NCBI GenBank assembly: GCA_003559415.1
Contig: PWLI01000017.1
Location: forward strand, 1-40,254
Direction: 5' to 3'
DNA length: 40,254 bases
Source: Clostridiales bacterium
GTDB lineage: Bacteria > Bacillota > Proteinivoracia > UBA4975 > PWLI01
A model generated the notes under the pieces. It was not told where the DNA came from and ran no database searches. It saw only the letters and a list, made by a program, of their open reading frames with translations. Numbering within the stretch: the first letter of the stretch is position 1; the number at the start of each line of letters is the position of its first letter. Positions 28,601 through 38,311 of the stretch are shown in pieces. The translations under genes and the position numbers were made by a program.

Positions 28601-28975
28601 TTGGCACGTATTTCAGGTGTTGATTTGCCCCGGGAAAAGCGAGTAGAGGCAGCACTGACATATATCTACGGAATCGGCCCTTCCCTTTCCAGGGAAGTGC
28701 TGGCAAAGACAGCAATCAGCCCCGACACCCGTGTTCGCGATCTGACTGAAGACGAAGTCGGCAAGCTGCGGGAAGTGTTGGACAAGGATTACCAGGTGGA
28801 AGGTGACTTGCGCCGGGAAATTTCCATGAACGTCAAGCGCCTTATGGAAATCGGCTGTTATCGCGGTCTGCGCCATCGCCGGGGCATGCCGGTCAGAGGT
28901 CAAAATACCAAGAACAACTCTCGGACGCGGAAAGGCCCAACCAAGACCGTCGGCGTCCGGAGAAAGAAAAAATAA
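28601..28975 (+). CDS. rpsM: 30S ribosomal protein S13
   Basis: TTG start; [25 protein letters not shown]. Confidence 0.97.
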   Translation: MARISGVDLPREKRVEAALTYIYGIGPSLSREVLAKTAISPDTRVRDLTEDEVGKLREVLDKDYQVEGDLRREISMNVKRLMEIGCYRGLRHRRGMPVRGQNTKNNSRTRKGPTKTVGVRRKKK

Positions 28976-28994
28976 GCAAAGGAGGGAATGAAAT

Positions 28995-29384
28995 TTGGCC
29001 AGAAGGACAACCCGTCCCCGACGGAGAGAACGCAAGAACATTGAACGCGGTGTAGCCCACATCCAATCGACATTCAATAACACCGTCATCAATATTACCG
29101 ACGAAACAGGAAATACCGTTGCCTGGTCCAGTGCTGGTGCCAATGGTTTCAAGGGCTCCCGGAAGAGCACCCCCTTTGCAGCCCAAACCGCCGCAGAAAC
29201 CGCAGCCAAGGCTGCCATGGAACATGGAATGCGCGTTGTGGAAGTTTCTGTAAAAGGCCCCGGCTCCGGCCGCGAAGCTGCCATCCGCTCTTTGCAGGCA
29301 GCAGGTCTGGAAGTAACCACCATCAAAGATGTAACCCCATTTCCCCACAACGGTTGCCGTCCGCCTAAGCGGCGTCGGATGTAA
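28995..29384 (+). CDS. rpsK: 30S ribosomal protein S11
   Basis: TTG start; [20 protein letters not shown]...[17 protein letters not shown]. Confidence 0.97.
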   Translation: MARRTTRPRRRERKNIERGVAHIQSTFNNTVINITDETGNTVAWSSAGANGFKGSRKSTPFAAQTAAETAAKAAMEHGMRVVEVSVKGPGSGREAAIRSLQAAGLEVTTIKDVTPFPHNGCRPPKRRRM

Positions 29385-29407
29385 CGAATACAGGAGGTGT
29401 AAACAAG

Positions 29408-30040
29408 ATGGCACGATATACAGAAGCTGTTTGCCGTTTGTGCCGCCGCGAAGGCCACAAACTGTACCTGAAAGGCGAACGCTGCTATACGCCCAAATGT
29501 GCATTGGATCGGCGGGCATATCCCCCGGGCCAGCATGGGCAACAACGTCGTCGGAAAGAATCGGAGTTTGGACTGCAGCTGCGTGAAAAGCAAAAAGTCC
29601 GCCGCATTTACGGTGTACATGAGAGGCAGTTCCGCAACTACTACGAAAAGGCCGCCCGCCACAAAGGTGTTACTGGTATAATGCTGCTCCAAATGTTGGA
29701 GACACGCCTGGACAACGTGGTTTACCGCCTGGGCTTCGCGGCATCCCGCCCCGAAGGCCGCCAGTTGGTTCGGCACGGCCACTTCCTGGTGAACGGCCAG
29801 AAGGTTGACATACCGTCGTTCCAGGTCCAGGTAGGCGATACTGTGTCTGTTAGGGAAAAAAGCGCGTCCTCAGAAAAGTTCAAAGAACTGCGCGAGTTTG
29901 CTGCCCAGCATACCTCTCCTGCCTGGCTGGAAAAGGATGCTGAGAAACTGACAGGCAAAGTGTTGGCACTGCCCCAGCGGGAAGAGATAGCCGATGTCCC
30001 TATTGCAGAACACCTGATCATCGAGCGTTACTCCAGGTAA
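29408..30040 (+). CDS. rpsD: 30S ribosomal protein S4
   Basis: [26 protein letters not shown]...; S4 domain. Confidence 0.97.
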   Translation: MARYTEAVCRLCRREGHKLYLKGERCYTPKCALDRRAYPPGQHGQQRRRKESEFGLQLREKQKVRRIYGVHERQFRNYYEKAARHKGVTGIMLLQMLETRLDNVVYRLGFAASRPEGRQLVRHGHFLVNGQKVDIPSFQVQVGDTVSVREKSASSEKFKELREFAAQHTSPAWLEKDAEKLTGKVLALPQREEIADVPIAEHLIIERYSR

Positions 30041-30081
30041 ACCCTCGTAGGGCCAGCAGTCTAAAAGGGAGGGTCTGTTAA

Positions 30082-31029
30082 GTGTTAGAAATAGAAAAGC
30101 CTCGAATTGAATGTGTTGAATCTGCAGAAGACGACAGCTATGCAAAATTTGTGGTTGAGCCGCTGGAGAGAGGATATGGCACCACGCTGGGCAACGCCCT
30201 GCGCCGGGTGTTGCTGTCCTCACTGCCTGGTGCCGCTGTAACCAGCGTACAAATCGAAGGCGTGTTGCACGAATTCTCCACCATCAAGGGTGTAGTGGAA
30301 GACACAACGGAAATTATCCTCAGTCTCAAGAAGTTGAGGTTCAAGCTCCATGACAACCAACCGGCAACGTTGCGCCTTGAGTCCAACAAAGAAGGTTTGG
30401 TTACTGGTGCAGACATAGTATCGGCGAGCGCCGATGTTGAAGTCCTCAACCCGGAGCAGAAAATCGCTACCCTGGAAAAAGGCGGCAGCTTCAATGCAGA
30501 GCTGGTTGTAAGCCCCGGCCGTGGCTATGCTGCGGCTCAGAAGAATAAAGACGAAGAGCAGGCAATAGGAGTTATTGCCGTTGATTCTATCTTTTCACCG
30601 GTTAAGCGGGTTAATTTCCATGTTCAGAACACCCGTGTAGGCCAGGTTACTGACTATGATAAACTGACCCTGGAAATATGGACTGACGGAAGCATCCAGC
30701 CAGAAGATGCCATCAGCCTTTCTGCCAAAGTGATGATTGAACACTTGGGTCTGTTTGTAAACCTGAGTTCGTCAGTAAATGATATTGAAGTAATGATTGA
30801 AAAAGACGATGAAGACAAAGAAAAGGTTCTGGACAAGCCCATTGAAGACCTGGAACTTTCTGTCCGTTCCTACAACTGCCTGAAGCGGGCAGGGATCAAC
30901 TATGTGCATGAACTGACCCAGAAGACCGAGAACGAAATGGGCAAAGTGCGGAACCTGGGCAAGAAATCCCTGGAAGAGGTCCAGCAAAAGCTGGAAGAAC
31001 TCAACCTAAGTTTGCGCGAAGAAGAGTAA
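30082..31029 (+). CDS. rpoA: DNA-directed RNA polymerase subunit alpha
   Basis: GTG start; [30 protein letters not shown] and the C-terminal domain [16 protein letters not shown]. Confidence 0.97.
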   Translation: MLEIEKPRIECVESAEDDSYAKFVVEPLERGYGTTLGNALRRVLLSSLPGAAVTSVQIEGVLHEFSTIKGVVEDTTEIILSLKKLRFKLHDNQPATLRLESNKEGLVTGADIVSASADVEVLNPEQKIATLEKGGSFNAELVVSPGRGYAAAQKNKDEEQAIGVIAVDSIFSPVKRVNFHVQNTRVGQVTDYDKLTLEIWTDGSIQPEDAISLSAKVMIEHLGLFVNLSSSVNDIEVMIEKDDEDKEKVLDKPIEDLELSVRSYNCLKRAGINYVHELTQKTENEMGKVRNLGKKSLEEVQQKLEELNLSLREEE

Positions 31030-31041
31030 GGAGGGGAGAAG

Positions 31042-31380
31042 ATGGCTCTTTCGAAATTTAGCCGTCCCACCAATCAGCGTCGGGCGTTACTTCGCAGCCT
31101 GGCGACAGCAGTTCTGAAAAATGAACGGGTTACAACCACCGAAGCCCGGGCCAAAGCTATCCGGCCGGTTGTGGAAAAGCTGATCACCCTGGGTAAGCGG
31201 GGAGACTTGCATGCCCGGCGCCAGGTCTTGGCCTACCTGTTGGAAGAAGATGTTGTTACCAAGCTGTTTACAGAAATAGCTCCCCGTTATGCGGAGCGTG
31301 AAGGTGGTTACACCAGAATTTACAAGGCTGCCCCCCGTCGGGGTGACGGAGCGCCCCAGGCAATTATCGAGCTTGTATAG
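31042..31380 (+). CDS. rplQ: 50S ribosomal protein L17
   Basis: [39 protein letters not shown]. Confidence 0.97.
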   Translation: MALSKFSRPTNQRRALLRSLATAVLKNERVTTTEARAKAIRPVVEKLITLGKRGDLHARRQVLAYLLEEDVVTKLFTEIAPRYAEREGGYTRIYKAAPRRGDGAPQAIIELV

Positions 31381-31387
31381 CAGTTGC

Positions 31388-31450
31388 GGGACAGGTCAGT
31401 GCTTACTTGGGGGGCTGGTAAAGCCTCCTGAGCGTTGTCCTGTCTTTTTT
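31388..31450 (+). terminator. Intrinsic terminator after rplQ (long compound hairpin)
   Basis: GACAGG (31390-31395) pairs with CCTGTC (31439-31444), enclosing an inner GGCT/AGCC stem. Followed by TTTTTT. Confidence 0.6.
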
Positions 31451-31466
31451 ATCGGGGGTGAACCCA

Positions 31467-32297
31467 ATGGCTTTGTTTGAAATCAAGGGCGCAAATTTCT
31501 TCTACCCCTCGGGGGAAGACAGTGAAATACAGGCCCTTAAAGATGTTTCGCTGACAATTGAAGAGGGAGAATTTGTGGTCATAATCGGCCACAACGGTTC
31601 CGGCAAATCTACCTTGGCCAAGCTGCTTAACGGGCTTCTTTTGCCTGCAAGCGGCCAGGTAGTTGTCGATGGCAAAAACACTGCTGATAAGCAGCACTAC
31701 TGGCCAATCCGCCAGCAGGTTGGCATGGTTTTTCAAAACCCTGACAACCAGCTGATTGCCACAATGGTGGAAGAAGATGTGGCCTTTGGCCCGGAAAATC
31801 TGGGAGTGCCCACTCCCGACATCGTTAAACGGGTGGAGGAATCATTGCGCCAGGTGGATATGCTTTCCTACCGTCGCCATGCTCCCCATCTTCTTTCCGG
31901 CGGCCAAAAACAGCGGATTGCAATAGCCGGGATTTTAGCCATGCGCCCCCGTTGCCTGGTGTTGGATGAACCTACTGCCATGCTGGATCCCCGGGGTCGC
32001 CGGGAAGTGCTGGAGACAGTGCGCCGGCTCAACCGCGAGGAGAGCATGACTGTGGTGTGGATTACCCATCACATGGCTGAGGCCGTTCATGCCGACAGGG
32101 TGCTGGTTATGGAAGATGGTTCTATAGTCATGCAAGGCACCCCCCGGGAAGTTTTCAGTAAAACCAAGTTGCTGCAAAGCCTTGACTTGGATGCTCCCGA
32201 TATTACCCGCTTGGGCCAAATGCTGGCAGAAGACGGCTACGCCATTTCCCAGGATGTGCTGACGGTGGAAGAATTGGCGGTGGAACTATGCCGATAA
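31467..32297 (+). CDS. ecfA1: Energy-coupling factor (ECF) transporter ATPase EcfA1
   Basis: Walker A GHNGSGKST, signature LSGGQKQR, Walker B LVLDEPT. ATG 31467 is 7 nt after GGGGGTG; GTG 31458 is the alternative start. Confidence 0.92.
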   Translation: MALFEIKGANFFYPSGEDSEIQALKDVSLTIEEGEFVVIIGHNGSGKSTLAKLLNGLLLPASGQVVVDGKNTADKQHYWPIRQQVGMVFQNPDNQLIATMVEEDVAFGPENLGVPTPDIVKRVEESLRQVDMLSYRRHAPHLLSGGQKQRIAIAGILAMRPRCLVLDEPTAMLDPRGRREVLETVRRLNREESMTVVWITHHMAEAVHADRVLVMEDGSIVMQGTPREVFSKTKLLQSLDLDAPDITRLGQMLAEDGYAISQDVLTVEELAVELCR

Positions 32298-33154
32298 CCG
32301 CCCACAACCTGTGTCATGAATACTCTCCAGGCACTCCCTATGCAATCAAGGCTCTCAAAGACGTGTCGTTGGAAATAGCAGACGGGGAAATCGTTGGCTT
32401 GATCGGCCATACCGGTTCCGGCAAATCCACCCTGATTCAGCATTTCAACGGTTTGCTTAAACCAACCAGCGGCTGGATACAGGTTCAGGGAGTAAACACG
32501 GTGGGAAAGGGTGTCAACCTGCGCCAACTGCGGCAAAAGGTTGGCCTTGTTTTCCAGTACCCTGAACACCAGCTGTTTGAAGAGACTGTGGCTGCCGATG
32601 TAGCCTTTGGGCCCAAAAACCTCGGTCTGGGCAAAGACCGTTTGGAACAACGGGTTCATGATGCCCTGGCGGCGGTTGATTTGGATTTGGACGAAATCGG
32701 CCATCGGTCGCCCTTTGAACTGAGCGGCGGACAGATGCGCCGGGTGGCCATTGCCGGTGTGCTGGCCATGGAGCCGGAAATTTTGATTCTTGATGAACCG
32801 ACTGCCGGCCTGGACCCCCGGGGCAGAAACGACATCCTGTCCCATCTGCGCCGCATTCATCAACACCGGCGGTTGACGCTTATCATTGTTTCCCACAGCA
32901 TGGACGAGATTGCAGCCATGGTGGACAGAATAATAGTCATGGACCAGGGAACGATACATGCTGACGGTTCACCCCGGGAAATCTTTGCCCAGGGAGAAGA
33001 CCTGAGAGCCATCGGCCTGGATGTTCCGCCCCTGACCAGCCTGATGCTGGAGCTGCAACGGCGGGGCATGTCTGTGCCCACAGATGTGCTTACAGTCCAA
33101 GAAGCACGACAAGCTTTGTTGCAGTCCCTCAAGGGGGTGGATGGCGATGCTTAA
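32288..33154 (+). CDS. ecfA2: Energy-coupling factor (ECF) transporter ATPase EcfA2
   Basis: GHTGSGKST, LSGGQMRR, LILDEPT; overlaps ecfA1 by 10 nt. Confidence 0.92.
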   Translation: MPITAHNLCHEYSPGTPYAIKALKDVSLEIADGEIVGLIGHTGSGKSTLIQHFNGLLKPTSGWIQVQGVNTVGKGVNLRQLRQKVGLVFQYPEHQLFEETVAADVAFGPKNLGLGKDRLEQRVHDALAAVDLDLDEIGHRSPFELSGGQMRRVAIAGVLAMEPEILILDEPTAGLDPRGRNDILSHLRRIHQHRRLTLIIVSHSMDEIAAMVDRIIVMDQGTIHADGSPREIFAQGEDLRAIGLDVPPLTSLMLELQRRGMSVPTDVLTVQEARQALLQSLKGVDGDA

Positions 33155-33944
33155 AGGTATAACCATCGGCCAGCACTATCCCGGAGATTCATTGCTGCAC
33201 AATCTGGAACCCCGAATAAAAATTGCAATTATCACCGCTTATATTGTTTCACTGTTTTTGATGCAGGGCCCTGTTGGCTACCTGGCAATGATGGTGATAA
33301 CGTTGGCCGCTGTATTCATCGGCCAGTTGCCCCTCCGCCTGTTGCTCAGGGGGCTGCGTCCCCTGTTTTTCATAATCGGTTTTACCTTGGTTCTCCACAT
33401 ATTGTTCACCAAGGGAGGGACAGTCTGGTTGCAACTGGGCAGGTTTACCATTGAATCCCAGGGTGTTTTAACGGGATCGCTGATGGCCTGGCGGCTGATG
33501 TTGCTTGTCATGACCACATCACTATTGACCCTGACTACATCGCCCATTGCCCTGACCGACGCAATTGAAGGCCTGCTCAACCCCCTCAAGCGCATAGGCG
33601 TCCCTGCCCATGAACTTGCCATGATGATGACCATAGCCCTGCGCTTCATCCCCACGTTGCTGGAAGAGGCAGAGAAAATAATGCGGGCCCAAATGGCCCG
33701 GGGCGCTGACTTTGAAAGTGGCAGTGTGCTTAAACGGGCCCGGGCAATGATCCCCCTGTTGGTGCCGTTGTTTATCAGCGCCTTCCGCCGGGCTGATGAC
33801 CTGGCACTGGCCATGGAAGCCCGGTGCTATCGGGGAGGCGAAGGGCGTACCCGGATGAAGGTTGTACTCATCCGTCTGGGAGACTGGATTAGCCTGGCCT
33901 CCTTTATCGGGCTTATGGTGGTGTTGGTATGGCTGGGGATATAA
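33147..33944 (+). CDS. ecfT: Energy-coupling factor transporter transmembrane subunit EcfT
   Basis: Multi-TM protein; ARG..FE motif region (MARGADFESG) and A.AMEARCY. Start is ATG 33147 or 33141, overlapping the ecfA2 stop. Confidence 0.88.
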   Translation: MLKGITIGQHYPGDSLLHNLEPRIKIAIITAYIVSLFLMQGPVGYLAMMVITLAAVFIGQLPLRLLLRGLRPLFFIIGFTLVLHILFTKGGTVWLQLGRFTIESQGVLTGSLMAWRLMLLVMTTSLLTLTTSPIALTDAIEGLLNPLKRIGVPAHELAMMMTIALRFIPTLLEEAEKIMRAQMARGADFESGSVLKRARAMIPLLVPLFISAFRRADDLALAMEARCYRGGEGRTRMKVVLIRLGDWISLASFIGLMVVLVWLGI

Positions 33945-34708
33945 CAGGCAGGTGCGCACTGACACTGGAATATGACGGCACAGCATACGCTGGGTTCCAG
34001 CATCAGGAAAATGCCGATACAATCCAGGCTCAAGTGGAACAGGCGTTGTCAGAGCTTTTTGGCTGTCAGATGAAAATACGGGCAGCCAGCCGCACCGATG
34101 CCGGTGTCCACGCCCGGGGCCAGGTAGTTGCCTTCAACCTGGCCCGCAGTTTTGAAGCTGCTAAAATAGCGCCTGCTGTCAATTGGCATTTGCCCCGGGA
34201 TATCAGGGTGGTTAACGCCCGGCCGGTGCCGGCAGGCTTTGATCCCCGCACCGGGGCAACAGGCAAAATCTACCGTTATTTCATCTCCAACCGCTTGCAC
34301 CCTCCGGCGGTGGGGCGCCGCTATGTTTGGCATGTGCCCCAGCCCGTTGACATAGAGGCAATTAACCGCGCTGCGAAAGTGCTGCGGGGAACCCACGATT
34401 TCGCGGCTTTCCAATCGGCGGCATCCACTGTCACTGATACCGTACGCACCATCAGGCACTTATGGGCCCTGCGCCGGGGAGAGACAGTAGTACTGACCTG
34501 TGCAGGGGATGGGTTTTTGCACAACATGGTGCGGATACTGGTGGGCACACTGGTGGAGGCCGGTCTGGGTCAGCGTTCTGCTGCGGACATTGAGGCAATT
34601 CTCCTGTCCAAAGACAGAACTGCAGCCGGGGTCACAGCCCCCGCCCGGGGTTTGTTTTTGGAGCGGGTGCTCTACCGCCCGTCCCTTGACAGTTACCCCG
34701 TGCTGTAA
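33929..34708 (+). CDS. truA: tRNA pseudouridine(38-40) synthase TruA
   Basis: [30 protein letters not shown] (catalytic Asp), GTHDFAAF and [11 protein letters not shown]. Confidence 0.94.
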   Translation: MAGDITGRCALTLEYDGTAYAGFQHQENADTIQAQVEQALSELFGCQMKIRAASRTDAGVHARGQVVAFNLARSFEAAKIAPAVNWHLPRDIRVVNARPVPAGFDPRTGATGKIYRYFISNRLHPPAVGRRYVWHVPQPVDIEAINRAAKVLRGTHDFAAFQSAASTVTDTVRTIRHLWALRRGETVVLTCAGDGFLHNMVRILVGTLVEAGLGQRSAADIEAILLSKDRTAAGVTAPARGLFLERVLYRPSLDSYPVL

Positions 34709-34775
34709 TAAAATAACTCAGGATATGTTAAAATCCGTGAGCCCCGGATTTGACAGATCTGTGCAAGGAGGAAAC
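34709..34775 (+). promoter_or_regulatory. Possible L13 leader / rplM 5' UTR hairpin
   Basis: AAATCCG-tgagccc-CGGATTT hairpin just upstream of the rplM SD. Assigned by position only. Confidence 0.3.
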
Positions 34776-35216
34776 ATGATGAATTCAACATTTATGGCGA
34801 AGCTTGGACAGGTGGAGCGGAAATGGCTGTTGGTCGATGCCGAGGGCAAAACCCTGGGCCGCCTGGCCAGTGAAGTGGCCGCCTTGCTGCGCGGGAAACA
34901 CAAACCGGTGTTTACACCCCACGTTGATTCCGGGGACCATGTAATTGTCGTCAATGCTGACAAAATTGTGGTGACCGGTGACAAGGCAAACAAAAAGATG
35001 TACTACCGCCACTCTGGTTGGACCGGCCATCTCAGGTCAATGAACTTTGCAACCCTTATGCAAAAGAAGCCGGAACAGGCTGTCTTTCTGGCAATAAAGG
35101 GAATGCTCCCCCACAACCGGTTGGGTCGGGCCATGGTGAAAAAGCTCCGGGTCTATGCAGGTCCGGAACACCCCCATGCTGCTCAACAACCGGAAACCTG
35201 GGAACTAAGAGGATAA
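34776..35216 (+). CDS. rplM: 50S ribosomal protein L13
   Basis: [57 protein letters not shown] upstream; ATG 34776 or 34779. The track ORF from 34500 is an out-of-frame overlap of truA. Confidence 0.96.
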   Translation: MMNSTFMAKLGQVERKWLLVDAEGKTLGRLASEVAALLRGKHKPVFTPHVDSGDHVIVVNADKIVVTGDKANKKMYYRHSGWTGHLRSMNFATLMQKKPEQAVFLAIKGMLPHNRLGRAMVKKLRVYAGPEHPHAAQQPETWELRG

Positions 35217-35234
35217 TGAAAGGGGGATGCGATA

Positions 35235-35630
35235 ATGGCTAAAGTCCAATATTACGGAACGGGACGGAGAAAGAACGCTGTGGCCCGGGTGCGCCTTTTG
35301 CCCGGTGACGGCAAGATAGTTATCAACGACCGGCCCATCGACGATTATTTCGGCGGCCTTGAAACGCTGAAACTGGTTGTTTCCCAGCCGCTGAAAAGCG
35401 CTGAAGCCGTGGACAAGTACGACGTCATGGTCAATGTTGTCGGTGGCGGCGTAAGCGGCCAGGCCGGCGCCATTCGCCACGGAATCGCCCGGGCGCTGCT
35501 GCAAGTTGACGGAGAGCTTCGGCCGGTGTTGAAAAAAGCCGGCTATCTCACCAGAGATGACCGCATGACAGAACGGAAAAAGTACGGCCTCAAGAAAGCC
35601 CGCCGTGCGCCCCAGTTCTCAAAACGCTAA
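35235..35630 (+). CDS. rpsI: 30S ribosomal protein S9
   Basis: [16 protein letters not shown]...[19 protein letters not shown]...[12 protein letters not shown]. Confidence 0.98.
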   Translation: MAKVQYYGTGRRKNAVARVRLLPGDGKIVINDRPIDDYFGGLETLKLVVSQPLKSAEAVDKYDVMVNVVGGGVSGQAGAIRHGIARALLQVDGELRPVLKKAGYLTRDDRMTERKKYGLKKARRAPQFSKR

Positions 35631-35633
35631 ACT

Positions 35634-35656
35634 ACAGAGACGGTTCTTTTGTCTCG
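35634..35656 (+). repeat. Degenerate third copy of the REP-like motif
   Basis: CAGAGACGGTTCTTTTGTCTCGA versus CAGGGACGGTTCTCCTGTCTCAG at 35709-35731 (18/23 identical). Can fold as GAGAC-ggttctttt-GTCTC. Confidence 0.55.
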
Positions 35657-35663
35657 ACATCAG

Positions 35664-35688
35664 AGGATGCACTGCGCATCCTTTTTTG
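35664..35688 (+). terminator. Intrinsic terminator after rpsI
   Basis: AGGATGC-actgc-GCATCCT followed by TTTTTT. Confidence 0.8.
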
Positions 35689-35702
35689 TTAACCAGAGAA
35701 AA

Positions 35703-36609
35703 GAACCACAGGGACGGTTCTCCTGTCTCAGTTTTGTGACACTGCCAACCCTTGATGTCTATCAGTGTTAATGTAAAGGAGGTGATGAGTAAATGCCGCG
35801 GAAACCGCGGTTGCGTAGCCCAAGCGGTATCTATCACATCATGGTTCGGGGAATAGGCAAGATGGATTTGTTTCATGCCCCCATTGATTACGAAAAATAT
35901 TTGGCCAGTCTTTACAGAGTAAGGAAACAGGTTTCACTCCAACTGTATGCTTATTGTTTAATGAAAAATCATGTTCACCTTTTAATTGAGGAAGGTAAAG
36001 AATCTATATCTCTAACAATGAAAAGATTGGGAGTAAGCTACTCTCTGTATTATAATAAACGTCACGAAAGAGTTGGCCACGTGTTCCAAGGCCGCTACAG
36101 AAGCGAAGCGATTAAGAATGAACAACAATTTATGAAGTGTTGCCGGTATATTCACAACAACCCAGTTAAAGCAGGCATGGTTGCTTTTGCAGAAAACTAC
36201 CCATGGACAAGCTACAGAGCTTACGTAAAGAGGTTTCCCGATGGCCTGACTGACACCCAGCCGCTTTTGCAGATGTATTCTTCCGATGATGAAGACAGCC
36301 GACGAGAGCTGAAATCTTTTACAGAACAGGTCCAAGCAGATGAGCAAATGTTTATTGGTTTTACTGTGCCACCCATATCCAGGCAAGAGTTGCTGGTTAG
36401 AGTAAAGCGGATACTTGAAGAGGAAGGTATCAGCATAAATGGAATCCGTACAATTCCACGAGAACAGAGACAGCGTATTTTAAGAAAGTTAAAAAAGGAA
36501 TCCGGGGGATCTTTTCGGGGACTGGCAGAGATATTGGGAGTTAGCAGAAGTAGTATAAGTCGGGCATAAGTTTGGATTTTCTGGGACAGGAGAACCGTCC
36601 CCGTGGTTC
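35703..36609 (+). mobile_element. RAYT/IS200-like unit: Y1 transposase gene bracketed by 29-nt inverted REP-like repeats
   Basis: Left repeat 35703-35731 is GAACCACAGGGACGGTTCTCCTGTCTCAG. The reverse complement of 36581-36609 is GAACCACGGGGACGGTTCTCCTGTCCCAG (27/29 identical). Each copy contains GAACC/GGTTC and GGGAC/GTC(C/T)C stems. Confidence 0.7.
35793..36569 (+). CDS. REP-associated tyrosine transposase-like protein (IS200/IS605 TnpA Y1/HUH fold) with C-terminal HTH
   Basis: GIYHIMVRG, HUH motif NHVHLLI, VGHVFQGRYRSE, and CRYIHNNPVKAGMV...YPWTSY (COG1943/RayT-like layout). C-terminal SFRGLAEILGVSRSSISRA HTH. SD GGAGG is 10 nt upstream. Confidence 0.8.
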   Translation: MPRKPRLRSPSGIYHIMVRGIGKMDLFHAPIDYEKYLASLYRVRKQVSLQLYAYCLMKNHVHLLIEEGKESISLTMKRLGVSYSLYYNKRHERVGHVFQGRYRSEAIKNEQQFMKCCRYIHNNPVKAGMVAFAENYPWTSYRAYVKRFPDGLTDTQPLLQMYSSDDEDSRRELKSFTEQVQADEQMFIGFTVPPISRQELLVRVKRILEEEGISINGIRTIPREQRQRILRKLKKESGGSFRGLAEILGVSRSSISRA

Positions 36610-36661
36610 ATGCAGGATTTTTTGCGGTAAATGGCTAATTACTCTGTGGGAGGCGATGGCA

Positions 36662-38311
36662 ATGGTTGACATGTCGGCACTGTCTCCCGGACGGCCCGCC
36701 TTAATGGTGCTGGACTCCGGGGGTAGAATTGTTTTTGCCACTGGTGTTGAGCGTTACCTCGACAAGCTGGGCCTGCAAGTGGGGGAATTTCCTCCGGAGC
36801 AATTGATGCTGGAGCCGGGCCGCCAACAGGAAGTGGAAGTAGAAGGCCTGCGACTGAGTGTGACTGTTGAAAATTGGCAGGGGCATACCTTGTTGGTGCT
36901 GACGGATTTTGACGACTACTTTCGGAGCACCTCTGCCATACTCAACTCCATAGATGAGGGCATCCATGTGGTCAACCAGCATGGCCACACGGTGTTTTAC
37001 AACCCCACCATGGCCAAGATGGAAGACATGGATTACAGTCAGGTAATCAACAAGGATGTGTTGGCCATGTTTCCGTCACTGACTCCCGAAACCAGCACCA
37101 TCCTTAAAGTGCTGCGCACCCGGGAACCGATATATGACCAGGTTCAGACCTATTACAACAACAAGGGCCAACGGATTACCACCGTCAACAGCACCATCCC
37201 GCTGTGGCTGGACAACAAGTTTGCCGGCGTGCTGGAAGTTTCCAAAGATGTGACCAGGATGGAAGAGTTGGCCCGGAAGGGTGTTGATCTGCAGCAACGG
37301 CTCTATGAACGGCAAAAAGGCAAAGACCAGAGCCCGGAGATGTATTCTTTTTCCGACATTGTGGGCAACAGCCAGGCGTTGCGTCAGCCGCTGGAGCTGG
37401 CCCGCCGGGCTGCCCGGACGGCATCGCCGGTGCTTATTTACGGTGAGACGGGCACTGGCAAGGAGCTGGTGGCCCAAAGCATACACAGCGCTTCCACCCG
37501 CAACCGGGGCCCCTTTATCGCTCAGAACTGTGCTGCCCTGCCGGGGTCGCTGCTGGAAGGCATACTGTTTGGCACCGTCAAGGGCAGCTTCACCGGCGCC
37601 GCCGACCGCCCCGGGCTGATTCAACAGGCCGACGGAGGAACACTGCTGTTGGACGAAATAAACTCCATGGACATCGACCTGCAGGCCAAACTTCTGCGGG
37701 TGCTCCAGGACGGACGGGTGCGACGGGTAGGGGGCATGACAGAAGAACCTGTGAATGTAAGGATTATTGCCACCACCAACACCCAACCCCAGTCGGCAGT
37801 GAGCCGGGGGACGCTGCGCCAGGATTTGTACTACCGCCTGGCGGTGGTGAACATAACCCTGCCCAACCTCAGCCAGCGGCGGGAAGATATCCCGCTGCTT
37901 TGCCAGCATTTTATTATCAAGTACAACCGGCGCTTTGGCCTGGACATCCAGGGTGTCAGCTCCCAGGTCATGGATGTGTTCCAGGCCTACAGCTGGCCCG
38001 GCAACGTCCGGGAGTTGGAACATGTTATCGAAGGGTCCATGAACATCATGGGGGAAGAAGAACATTATATTGAGCTTCGTCACCTGCCAGCCAGCCTGGT
38101 TCACCATTCGTCAGATCAACGACCGGTGGCGGGCCTGGAAGATTGCACCCTGCCTGAAGCATTGTCGCTGGTGGAGCAGAACATGGTCCGCCATGCCATG
38201 GCCAGGACCAACGGCAACATAACCCGGGCAGCCCGCTTGCTGGGCATTACCCGGCAGGTGTTGCAGTACAAACTGAGCAAGCTGGAAAACGAAAAAGATG
38301 AATCGGATTAA
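36662..38311 (+). CDS. Sigma-54-dependent transcriptional activator (PAS sensor + AAA+ + Fis-type HTH)
   Basis: Walker A GETGTGKELVA, GAFTGA-type loop GSFTGA, Walker B LLLDEINSM, RVLQDGRVRRVGG and C-terminal GNITRAARLLGITRQVLQYKL. ATG 36662 is 8 nt after GGGAGG. The track start at 36572 overlaps the right REP repeat. Confidence 0.9.
   Translation: MVDMSALSPGRPALMVLDSGGRIVFATGVERYLDKLGLQVGEFPPEQLMLEPGRQQEVEVEGLRLSVTVENWQGHTLLVLTDFDDYFRSTSAILNSIDEGIHVVNQHGHTVFYNPTMAKMEDMDYSQVINKDVLAMFPSLTPETSTILKVLRTREPIYDQVQTYYNNKGQRITTVNSTIPLWLDNKFAGVLEVSKDVTRMEELARKGVDLQQRLYERQKGKDQSPEMYSFSDIVGNSQALRQPLELARRAARTASPVLIYGETGTGKELVAQSIHSASTRNRGPFIAQNCAALPGSLLEGILFGTVKGSFTGAADRPGLIQQADGGTLLLDEINSMDIDLQAKLLRVLQDGRVRRVGGMTEEPVNVRIIATTNTQPQSAVSRGTLRQDLYYRLAVVNITLPNLSQRREDIPLLCQHFIIKYNRRFGLDIQGVSSQVMDVFQAYSWPGNVRELEHVIEGSMNIMGEEEHYIELRHLPASLVHHSSDQRPVAGLEDCTLPEALSLVEQNMVRHAMARTNGNITRAARLLGITRQVLQYKLSKLENEKDESD

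Noticed and set aside
34500-34775. Track ORF extending rplM 92 codons upstream.
   Set aside because: It overlaps the truA coding frame. The SD and the conserved L13 N-terminus start at 34776/34779.
36572-36661. TTG-initiated extension of the sigma-54 activator ORF.
   Set aside because: It begins inside the right REP-like repeat and has no SD. GGGAGG precedes ATG 36662 at ideal spacing.
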